DNA from: Pseudomonadota bacterium
GTDB taxonomy: Bacteria > Bdellovibrionota > Bdellovibrionia > Bdellovibrionales > SG-bin7
Assembly: GCA_034439715.1 (NCBI GenBank)
Contig: JAWXAY010000024.1
Location: 1-27,500, forward strand
Length of the DNA: 27,500 bases
Direction: 5' to 3'
Shown one piece after another: positions 1-8,303 of this stretch. Within the stretch, counting starts at the first letter, position 1; every line of letters begins with the position of its first letter. The notes under the pieces were generated by a model, which had not been told where the DNA came from, did no database searches, and worked only from the letters and a program-made list of their open reading frames with translations. The position numbers and the translations under genes are program-made.

Positions 1-379
1 GTCCTTGAAAGGGAAAGTCTTTGCTCATGTCGAGGTGTTCTTTCGCCTCTGCAATATCATTCTGTATGAGTTGTTTTGCGCCTGGTAGATTTGAATACCA
101 GGGATAGTTGGTGTTGGAGCTGTGGCAATCAAAGCAGCTCTTTCTAAAGACTGGCTTCACCGTTGCCAGATAAGATTCGTTGATCGCTCTCGTTATCTCT
201 TCAGCCTCTTTATTCGGATGAAAAACGTGATGCTTCTCCTTCTTGATGTTGTGCGACTCGCCCTCGTGAGCAACAGCAAACGGGAGCGCCGCCACCTGAA
301 GAATTAACGCAATGGCTACTATGGCTGATTTTCTCAAGTCGATTTGAAAACAGAAAATAAGCAGCCATCTATTTTTCAT
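1..379 (-). CDS. Exported c-type heme-binding protein (Haem_bd-like), runs off the left edge
   Basis: Manual translation from ATG 379 (ATGA overlap with upstream stop): MKNRWLL...signal/TM...AHEGESHNIKKEKHHVFHP...KSCFDCHSSNTNYPWYSNLPGAKQLIQNDIAEAKEHLD; CxxCH plus YPWYS motif. Missing from the ORF track. Confidence 0.85.
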   Translation of the reverse strand, partial: MKNRWLLIFCFQIDLRKSAIVAIALILQVAALPFAVAHEGESHNIKKEKHHVFHPNKEAEEITRAINESYLATVKPVFRKSCFDCHSSNTNYPWYSNLPGAKQLIQNDIAEAKEHLDMSKDFPFQG

Positions 380-750
380 TTTTCCATACCCGCTAAAGTT
401 GAGACGTACTTCTCAAAATTGGCACGATTTTCAAAATAGAGAACCGAACCCGCTTCATTCGCAGCAATAACTGCCTTTGATTTGTCGATTGATTTCTGGG
501 TCTGCGGATCGGTTGCCAACCTAGAGGAAGCATCATTTTTGATGGTTGCCTTACAATTTTCGCAGCAACCGTAGTAGGTCTTTCCCGACTGTTCTACCGG
601 AATCTGTAGTCTTGAAAAGTGCATGTTAGTCACCATGCAGACTTCTTTGTTAGGTACGATTTTCCAATTCTCAATTGCGTGAGCGGGTCCTCCAAACAGG
701 AGAATGCTTGCCGTGAAAACCAGGAAAAACGATGCGAGAGCCTTAGTCAT
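376..750 (-). CDS. Exported YHS/TRASH-type metal-binding protein
   Basis: ATG 750 with AAGGA SD; signal peptide; VCMVTN...GKTYYGCCENC motif and a second DPQT...LYFEN half-repeat. Confidence 0.8.
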   Translation of the reverse strand: MTKALASFFLVFTASILLFGGPAHAIENWKIVPNKEVCMVTNMHFSRLQIPVEQSGKTYYGCCENCKATIKNDASSRLATDPQTQKSIDKSKAVIAANEAGSVLYFENRANFEKYVSTLAGMEK

Positions 751-776
751 AAATTTAATCCTTTCGTAAGTCCGTT

Positions 777-3086
777 CTAAAATTGTATTTGAGCACCAAC
801 TCCTACGGTCTTCTCTGTCGCCATTAAACCGGCAGCCCAATGCCACGAGGGGCCATACATCAGTGAAATTTCAAACTCGGAGTCGCGTTCTCCACCCCAG
901 CCCGGACGCCACGTAAAATCGGCCTCGGTAAAGACGTTCTTCGTCCATTGAAAACGCTTTTCTACATCAAATCTGAATTTTCCTTCGTGGCTAATGTAGA
1001 GATTGGTTTCAATTAGCATTGGAAGAATGTAGCCAACGCCCGCCATTGCAAAACCTTCTTCGTCGTAGAGCGAGCCGCCAACCGACACATTGATGAAGTT
1101 AGAAAACCACCTTCGGTACGTCATATCTCCCTCGGTCTCCCAAGCACGGTTGAAGGAAAAGTTTTTCCCTTCAATGTTTGCCGACTCTAACTTCAAATTG
1201 AGTTCGTCCCAAGTACGCATGAGCTTGAATTCGGCCTTGGCGTGGTTGCTTGAGGCTTCAAGAAGGCTGTAGTTATAAATGTGATCGTGCAAATGCGGGT
1301 CTTGCTTATCGTGCTTGGCCATCTCAGGTGTAAGTTGAAAGTCCTTGTACCGCACCACGCGCGCCATGCCGGTCTTCATGTGATAAAGATTATGACAATG
1401 GAGCATCCACTGGCCGGGTTCGTTTGCGTAAAATTCGATTGCGCGAGTTCCGTGCGGCGGAACATCGACGGTATGTTTTAAGGGCGACAAGTCTCCATGC
1501 TGGTTTATGACTCGGAAGAAGTGGCCGTGCAAGTGCATCGGATGATGCATCATCGTGTCGTTTTGAAATGTGAAGCGAACGACCTCGCCTTTGTTGATCT
1601 CGATGAATCGGTTTTCGTAGATAGCCTTACCGTTAATATGCCAAATGTAGCGTTCCATATCGCCGCCAAGAACGAGCTTGAGGTCGTGAACTTTTGCATC
1701 TTTGGGCAATGCTGTTGATTCGATCGCCTCTAAACTATCCACACTGAGCGTCTCGATAACCGGAGGTTTTGAGTTTAGATCACGTGGGGATTCGTTTTGC
1801 CTCAGCATTGCATCCGACTGCGTGTTGAAATCAACTGGTTGCTTCGGCTTCGAGGGCTCTTTATGTTTCGAGTGCTCATCGGTCGAATGGACTTTGGGTG
1901 ACGCCTTCATCGCGCCGCCATGCTTGCGATGCGCGGCATGGGGGTCAGTTGAGGCAGCTTCCGCTTTCCGTATCGTGGCCTTTCCATCTTCATGATCGGC
2001 ATGGGCGCCGTGATCCATTCCGCTCATTCCGCTCATTCCGCCGTGACCCACGTGATCCATTGATGAATAGAGATCAGGAAGTGGTTTATCAGGAGCCCTA
2101 ACCTTTTCGCCCATGCCGATCCAACCCGAGGCAAAGCCAGTCACGTCTTGAACGGTAGCTCTGAGTTCATAATTTTTATGCTCGGAGGGCGTGAAAAGGA
2201 CATCGTAAGTTTCTGCCATGCCCATCAGAATTTCTTTAGCCATGACGGGCTTGATGTCTACGCCGTCTGCCGAAATTACCTGCATTGGGGACTGGCCTAA
2301 AGAGACGTAAAAATAGCTAGAGGCCGCAGCATTGATGATGCGAATACGGATTTTCTCGCCAGGATGAGCGGTTAGAAGCTGGGAGTCGCGTTTTCCATTT
2401 ATCAAGAAGGCGTCGTAGCCAACGTCTGAGAGGTCCATTCCACCCATACGGTCCCATTCATTTGCAAGATGAGTTTTTAATCCCCCGGCTCGCAATGCGC
2501 CAAAGTAGGAGCGAACGGAATCTTTTTTGTAAAGGTAGTAGTCGCCGTCCTTGCGAAGATTTCGAATGATCTGGTCGGCATCCTCATCTGACCAATCGCT
2601 TAAAACGATAACAAGGTCTTTATCGTACTGAATGGCTTTCTTCTTTGGGTGGATGATGAAAGCGCCGTAGACGCCCTTTTGCTCCTGAACGGCCGTATGT
2701 GAGTGATACCAGTACGTGCCATTTTGTCGGATTTTGAAGCGGAACGTGTGCGACTTTCCTGGAAAGATTGGCGGAGTGTTCACGTAGGCAACTCCGTCCA
2801 TTTCTGGAGGGAGCAAGATTCCGTGCCAGTGTATCGAAACCTCCTCATTGCCAGGAATATTGTTGGTCACAATAATTTCGGCGTCATCGCCTTCAGTGAA
2901 CTCTAGCGTTGGCGCAGGAATGCCGCCATTGACCATCAGGGCAAAATCAACATTCTTTTTGCCACTCATGTTTATGGGTTGTTTTGAAACGGTCAGCGCA
3001 TAGCGCACGGTTTTGGCGAGTGCGGGAGATGAAAAGAGAAGAACACCAAAAAGTGTGGCAAGAAGTGACGGCACGGCGAGCTTCAT
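777..3086 (-). CDS. copA: CopA-family multicopper oxidase with C-terminal outer-membrane beta-barrel-like domain
   Basis: ATG 3086 with GGAGG SD; HWHG, WYHSH, HPMHLHGH, HCHNLYHM copper ligands; His/Met-rich linker; about 170 C-terminal residues with amphipathic beta pattern ending in Phe. Confidence 0.92.
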   Translation of the reverse strand: MKLAVPSLLATLFGVLLFSSPALAKTVRYALTVSKQPINMSGKKNVDFALMVNGGIPAPTLEFTEGDDAEIIVTNNIPGNEEVSIHWHGILLPPEMDGVAYVNTPPIFPGKSHTFRFKIRQNGTYWYHSHTAVQEQKGVYGAFIIHPKKKAIQYDKDLVIVLSDWSDEDADQIIRNLRKDGDYYLYKKDSVRSYFGALRAGGLKTHLANEWDRMGGMDLSDVGYDAFLINGKRDSQLLTAHPGEKIRIRIINAAASSYFYVSLGQSPMQVISADGVDIKPVMAKEILMGMAETYDVLFTPSEHKNYELRATVQDVTGFASGWIGMGEKVRAPDKPLPDLYSSMDHVGHGGMSGMSGMDHGAHADHEDGKATIRKAEAASTDPHAAHRKHGGAMKASPKVHSTDEHSKHKEPSKPKQPVDFNTQSDAMLRQNESPRDLNSKPPVIETLSVDSLEAIESTALPKDAKVHDLKLVLGGDMERYIWHINGKAIYENRFIEINKGEVVRFTFQNDTMMHHPMHLHGHFFRVINQHGDLSPLKHTVDVPPHGTRAIEFYANEPGQWMLHCHNLYHMKTGMARVVRYKDFQLTPEMAKHDKQDPHLHDHIYNYSLLEASSNHAKAEFKLMRTWDELNLKLESANIEGKNFSFNRAWETEGDMTYRRWFSNFINVSVGGSLYDEEGFAMAGVGYILPMLIETNLYISHEGKFRFDVEKRFQWTKNVFTEADFTWRPGWGGERDSEFEISLMYGPSWHWAAGLMATEKTVGVGAQIQF

Positions 3087-3168
3087 TATTATTCCTCCGA
3101 AAGAGGCTCCTTGAAGCCGCATGGTTTTAAGAGCGGGGCTTTCTTCGGGGGCATCTCTTCCTAATATA

Positions 3169-3187
3169 ATATATATATATATATATA
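3169..3187. repeat. (AT)9 dinucleotide tract
   Basis: Perfect AT run about 85-100 bp upstream of the copA start, with imperfect TA-rich flanks. Confidence 0.9.
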
Positions 3188-3601
3188 CTATATACGACCG
3201 AAACGGCTATTTTGTGACATCAACTGAAAGAGGGACGGTTTTTAAAGTTCCCCCATCATTAAACTGTACCCGGCTCTTTATTATTTTCTGGGTAACTTCG
3301 CTAGGTTGGATTTAGAAACATAAATTCTTATTTTGAGATTTTCTTAATTTGATGGTCCCTTTTTAGATCAAACATTCTATTTGTGAATCGTGAAATCGAT
3401 GGCTCCTGTGACGTTAGCCCGATAAATCTAAGCTTAAAATGCCTTCAAAGCCATGGGAGAACCATCGGACACTGAAAACCCTGTCTCGCTCATTTAAGTC
3501 TCCAATTCTAAAGTTCGTATGAATTGGTTACGGAGATGATTCAAAAAAAAGATTCCCTTGTTGGCGTCGTGCCAGAGATGAAAGGAATCATTGGCCTCGA
3601 T

Positions 3602-3772
3602 CTATTTGGAGGGTGGCAACAGCATAGCTTGGCCCCAATTCGATGCCTGTGATTCTTTGATAAGATGAAGCTGCGCCATGTGAACGGCATAGATAATCTT
3701 TGGAAGATGACCAGTTGATGCCGCCAGAATAGCGAGAGCCGCTGCTAACGAGATGAGTTTTTCGAGTCCCAT
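3602..3772 (-). CDS. 56-aa small membrane/secreted protein
   Basis: GAGGAGG SD; MGLEKLISLAAALAILAASTGHLPKIIYAVHMAQLHLIKESQASNWGQAMLLPPSK*; below the ORF-track cutoff. Confidence 0.75.
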   Translation of the reverse strand: MGLEKLISLAAALAILAASTGHLPKIIYAVHMAQLHLIKESQASNWGQAMLLPPSK

Positions 3773-3908
3773 AAATACCTCCTCAAGGTTTGTAGATCAT
3801 TATTGTTTTTGTTTTAGAAACAGGGTGTCGGGCTTGTAGAAGTACGCTCAAAAAGTCCTAGTCCGAAGGACTCGTGAGTTTAGAAATGATGTGGTTTCGC
3901 TCTAGAAA

Positions 3909-3938
3909 AAGTAGCAACGAAGTAGCAAAAAAGTAGCA
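3909..3938. repeat. Three direct AAGTAGCA repeats, 11-bp period (integrase arm-type-like sites)
   Basis: AAGTAGCA at 3909, 3920 and 3931, about 130 bp beyond the tRNA 3' end. Confidence 0.7.
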
Positions 3939-4004
3939 GAGCTACGACATTTCAAGACGTTTCGTGAAAGATTCAAGCTGAGTCTGTCAGGTGCTTTTCA
4001 GTGT

Positions 4005-4017
4005 TATTAATTAGTTA
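4005..4017 (+). promoter_or_regulatory. IHF-like binding site
   Basis: TATTAATTAGTTA vs consensus WATCAANNNNTTR (1 mismatch), lying between the tRNA end and the arm-like repeats. Confidence 0.4.
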
Positions 4018-4064
4018 CGATCCTTAGGTTTTTTGCTTTTCTTACTCAAACAGTATTCGAAAAT

Positions 4065-4141
<77 letters not shown>

Positions 4142-4160
4142 AGCATTGGTCAGACGCGTC

Positions 4161-4189
4161 AACCTACTGATCAATGGGTACACTGTCAA
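4161..4189 (-). promoter_or_regulatory. sigma-70 promoter of tRNA-Pro
   Basis: TTGACA-N17-TAGGTT followed by GC-rich discriminator GACGCG. Confidence 0.7.
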
Positions 4190-4286
4190 TTCTCGGGATT
4201 GTTTTTTGCGTGACGTAATTTTTATTGCTTTATTGTTCCCCTCGGTTAAACAACAGAAGGTTTTGTTTAATATCGCGAGGTCGAAA

Positions 4287-5646
4287 ATGGCAGCAATTCT
4301 GACGGTTTTATCAGCACTTTTATTTTTCGAAACCACACATGCCCGTGATGCTGAGTTTTATAACGAAGCCCAAATCCGAACTCGTTACGAAAATCGAAAA
4401 ATGATAAATGGTAAATCCATTAACGCCGACAACCGCGAGGGAGTCTGAGCAGGATTTCACGACCCGCACTCAGCTGGGCGTTAATATGCGAAAAGGTGAG
4501 AGTGTTAAGGCCAAACTTTTATTTTCTCATAATTTTCAGTGGGGGAGTGATGTCGACGCAACTACTGGCGCAGAGGGTACCGACAATACCGAGCCTTATC
4601 AGCCGGACGGCATTAATAATAACGAGAATATTCCGCTCGTTAGCGAAGCCTGGCTATGGTGGAAGCTCAACGAGTCCATGTCCCTTCGCATGGGCCGTGG
4701 CCCCTTTTCATTGGGCGATGGCAAAGTTATTTCAAATAATGACTATTTGAAAGTGCCTTATTCGTTGGACGGCGTAGTCATCGGTTGGAGTGGCGAGCTT
4801 TCACATTCAGATTTTTTTGCGCTCAAGCTTATCGAAAACGTAAAGCCAGGTTTTGTGACTAACGATTCGGAAATGAATGTCTACGGCCTTAGTTTTAATG
4901 TTAAAAATCCACCTGAAATTTTTAAAATTATTCATTTTCATGTAATGCAAGTGGTAAAAAATGCGATTGATAAGGGCGGAAATGGGATTGGTGAGGACCC
5001 CATTTATGAACGCGGTCTCAATTACGGTCGCTACGGTTTGGCCTTTGTCGGTGGAAAGTTTTTTCAGTATGCCATCTCCTACGCCGCCCACTCAGGCGAA
5101 ATCCAGTTGGGTACGAGCACTAAGGTATGGAGTGGCTCAATGATTGACGCCGAACTGGCCCTCAGGCCCACATGGAAAAATGCCAAAATTTACTATGGCT
5201 ATCATCGAGACACCGGCAATGAACAGGTGAATGGAGAGAAAGAGGCAAAGTACGACAGTTTTCTATATGAAAAACATGGGACTTCGGGTGCGATGGATGT
5301 TTTGGGCTGGGGTAATTTAACTTTTTGGAAGGCTGGCCTACACGCCGATATTCTTGAGGACCTCCGACTTTACATTGATTATTATTCTTTTTTACGTTCT
5401 GAAACTCGGGATACTGTCACAGCGGGCCCAAATGGTACTTCCATGTTGGCCTCTCAACTGGGTGACGTTTCTGATGAATCAGAAATTGGCAGTGAGTGGG
5501 ATGTCTCAGTCGACCATACTTACGATACCGGCCTCAACATGCTTTTACGATTCAGCACGTTTATTCCTGGACCTTATCTAAGTGAAAACTCAGGACCCAA
5601 CAAAAATTTTTCTCAGGTTTTTTTGCAGGCAAAAATCCAGTTTTAA
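4287..5646 (+). pseudogene. Alginate-export (AlgE-like) outer-membrane beta-barrel split by a +1 frameshift
   Basis: ATG 4287 (GAGGT SD), signal peptide and IRTRYE strand end at TGA 4446-4448; the barrel body (EAWLWW, RMGRG, LDGV, IGSEWD, terminal QF) is in the 4408 frame, which has no signal peptide. Confidence 0.7.
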
Positions 5647-5704
5647 TACACGACCCGACCTTGGCCTCTTGAGCCAGATCAATACGCTGTCGATAGTGTT
5701 ATTG

Positions 5705-6235
5705 ATGAGCAGAAAATTTCTAAAAGCTAAACTCTCAGTTACTTTTTTTGTCCTTTTGCTGTGTTGTCTTTCAGGTTCAGGCGCTCAGGCATTTCGCGGC
5801 GAAAAAGTTCAACTTAAAACTCAGCTCCAGACTTCTTTAAATCACCTTTTAGAAGGAACAACGTCTATTCACGAAGCTTTTTTTAATCAAGATGAAAGCC
5901 AAATTGAGTCTAACACGCGAAAAGTCCTAGCGGACGTTCAAAGCGCTCAACAGAAGACCAAATACGAAAGATCTAATGGCTTGCATGTCGAGCGAATACT
6001 CCAGGTTGTGAGTAATCATTTGGCGCAGCTACTCGGTTCGACGGGGGAGGATCGCAAAAAGTATTTGCGACTGGCATTTGACCAGGTCGTGCACATCGCT
6101 CAGACGTATAAATTGGATTCCTATCGTATTTTCTACTGCCATTCGAGTAATGGCATTTGGCTTCAAAAGAGTTGGAAGGCACAAAATCCCTATAATCCAC
6201 AAACGCTCGCTAATTGTGGCATACCGGTAAGATAA
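5705..6235 (+). CDS. Exported DUF3347-like protein
   Basis: Signal peptide from ATG 5705, helical body, C-terminal FYC...WLQ...NPY...CG motif. Confidence 0.65.
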   Translation: MSRKFLKAKLSVTFFVLLLCCLSGSGAQAFRGEKVQLKTQLQTSLNHLLEGTTSIHEAFFNQDESQIESNTRKVLADVQSAQQKTKYERSNGLHVERILQVVSNHLAQLLGSTGEDRKKYLRLAFDQVVHIAQTYKLDSYRIFYCHSSNGIWLQKSWKAQNPYNPQTLANCGIPVR

Positions 6236-6236
6236 A

Positions 6237-6842
6237 ATGTTAGACAGATTTTTCGCAACTCTATCTCGAAGGGCGCTTGCGACCAGTGCGATTGCCTTCG
6301 GTATTTTATTTATCTTAGTTGCAAATCCCCCCCGAACTGCCTGCGACAGTCAGTATGAGGAATTTCAGAAAGATCAAGTCGGTCGACTAACGATCGACTC
6401 AAAATTAACGGTAAAGCCGAGCAAAACGACATTTCACCTTGCGGTGGAGCAGTGTCGATTTTCTAACAACATTGGCGGATGTTTAGAATTTTTTAGCATT
6501 CTCAAAACTGTGCTTCGCGAATTGGATGCCACGACCCAAAAATGTTTCGCCGACATGGGCGGGAGAAATGAAGTTAAGGATACGTTGTGGGTGAGTTTTG
6601 AACTCATCACGCGTTTGGCGTGGGGTGAGGCGCCGCCGCGATCCTATCGCGAAGCGGTCGGTTGGCTAGACACTCCTAATATTGCGATTTTTTGCGAACT
6701 AAAAGAAGTCATGTCCCAATTTTACGGCCCCGAACGTATGGCCGCGTTTTCCCGCGACCTCATCCCCAAACTTCCGGGAGGGTCTGGACTACGGTTCACT
6801 GATGCCTGGCCTCGGTCCATTTTGAGTAAAGGTTGTCGTTAG
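6237..6842 (+). CDS. Membrane-anchored Cys-rich hypothetical protein
   Basis: N-terminal TM, six Cys, starts 1 nt after the upstream stop. Confidence 0.75.
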   Translation: MLDRFFATLSRRALATSAIAFGILFILVANPPRTACDSQYEEFQKDQVGRLTIDSKLTVKPSKTTFHLAVEQCRFSNNIGGCLEFFSILKTVLRELDATTQKCFADMGGRNEVKDTLWVSFELITRLAWGEAPPRSYREAVGWLDTPNIAIFCELKEVMSQFYGPERMAAFSRDLIPKLPGGSGLRFTDAWPRSILSKGCR

Positions 6843-6843
6843 A

Positions 6844-8283
6844 TTATGCGGCTTTTATTATCGTGGGCCTGTTAGGTTGACCTGCGACATTTCCGCAGCC
6901 TCGGCATTTAAAAACAAAGAAACCGCTATCATCATTGTCGAGGTACATAATTGTGCTGCAGGTCGGGCATTCGTGGAGGCCGACGGTATCTCCTTGGGTG
7001 ACTATGTCCTTCAATTGGTAACATTTTATTATGTCGCTTTCAAAGCCTTTAAGTTTTAAGTCGCCTACAAATTCAAACTTAAACTGCTCTTTGTCTCGTA
7101 AAGCATCCATCAGATCATGATCTACAACAACTCCATCTACCGGTCCGGCGCCGCAGAGCCTTGAAGACAAATTTACGGCAGGCCCAATCGCCGTGTAGCT
7201 GTGAAAGTGTTTACGGGGGCCGTAGAACCCAATGTTGGCATAGCCCACAGAAATGCCAATTCTTATCTCGAGTTTTTGGTGCCAATTCTTTTCGTACTCA
7301 AAACTTCTTTCTCGAATCGCGGCCAGAATTTCCCAGCTTGCCTTTAAGCAGCGGTCCGCATAGTCGTCATATTTTATAGGTGCGTTCGAAAATGCAAAAA
7401 TGCCATCGCCCAAAAATTTATCTATAGTGATATCATATTTCAGCAGGTATTTTGTCGTATCCTCTAAAAACATTGTAATGACCTTATTTACTTTTTCTTG
7501 GTCAATTCGCACAACTCTTTCTGTCGAATTTACGATATCAATAAACATAGCGCATATTTTATTACGCTTTATCCCATCGGTAATTTTAATTTCCCCCGAC
7601 TTGATAGAATTTACGACCTGCGGACTAAATTGTTGGCTTAAGAGTCCCAGGTCAATGGCTTCTTTACTTTTTATTTCTATAATTTTGTCCCGGTTGGTGA
7701 CTTCTTGATTAAGTGCCATTCTGCTCTTGATTTCTTCTGTGCGGAGTTTTTCGTTGAACAGGCGAGTTAGAATCGAAATCAATATTGTCGAAAAAACAAA
7801 GAATGAATTAATTGCCATTGCTTGCCAGTTTCGGTCTGCGGGGGCAACAAAGATTGCGAGCAGATAAAATGGTGCGTAAATTATTATTGGGTTGATAAAG
7901 TAGAAGGCTTTACTCCATGGAAAAAATGCTAGAGCTGCAATGGAAACTAAATTTAGCCCCGCGTAATAGGGTGAAGACATACCTTCTGCGCGGTAAGCCA
8001 TTATAGAAATAAACAACGCGGCCACAAACATGAGAAAAGCTACATTGGCTTGTTGTCCAATATACGACTTGAGCCGCCTCGACAGCAACAACGTTTGGTA
8101 AGCGACTAGCGCTGTAAAAAGGCGATAGGCTAAAAACTCAAACTTTTTGTCAGGCACATAAATATAGTCGCATACCCAAAAAAGTAAATAGAGTGGCAAT
8201 GCAATTTTGCCGCTGATTATTTCGACAACTTGCTTGATTTCTTGAATTCGTTCTTTGTTTCGAACTTCGTTAATAGTTAAAAT
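6844..8283 (-). CDS. 6-TM class III adenylate cyclase with C-terminal zinc ribbon (start uncertain: ATT 8283 or TTG 8199)
   Basis: MFIDIVNST, DKFLGDG, RIGIS.G, YTAIGPAVNLSSRL motifs; Lys/Thr specificity residues suggest ATP; six hydrophobic segments; CPTC-x17-CRGC. Confidence 0.9.
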   Translation of the reverse strand: MLTINEVRNKERIQEIKQVVEIISGKIALPLYLLFWVCDYIYVPDKKFEFLAYRLFTALVAYQTLLLSRRLKSYIGQQANVAFLMFVAALFISIMAYRAEGMSSPYYAGLNLVSIAALAFFPWSKAFYFINPIIIYAPFYLLAIFVAPADRNWQAMAINSFFVFSTILISILTRLFNEKLRTEEIKSRMALNQEVTNRDKIIEIKSKEAIDLGLLSQQFSPQVVNSIKSGEIKITDGIKRNKICAMFIDIVNSTERVVRIDQEKVNKVITMFLEDTTKYLLKYDITIDKFLGDGIFAFSNAPIKYDDYADRCLKASWEILAAIRERSFEYEKNWHQKLEIRIGISVGYANIGFYGPRKHFHSYTAIGPAVNLSSRLCGAGPVDGVVVDHDLMDALRDKEQFKFEFVGDLKLKGFESDIIKCYQLKDIVTQGDTVGLHECPTCSTIMYLDNDDSGFFVFKCRGCGNVAGQPNRPTIIKAA

Positions 8284-8303
8284 TCAATCCCCCAAAAAGC
8301 CAA

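Noticed and set aside
122..307. 61-aa plus-strand ORF
   Set aside because: Antisense shadow of the heme-binding gene.
2018..2040. 9-bp tandem repeat in copA
   Set aside because: It encodes GMSGMSGM in the Met/His linker, ordinary for copper oxidases.
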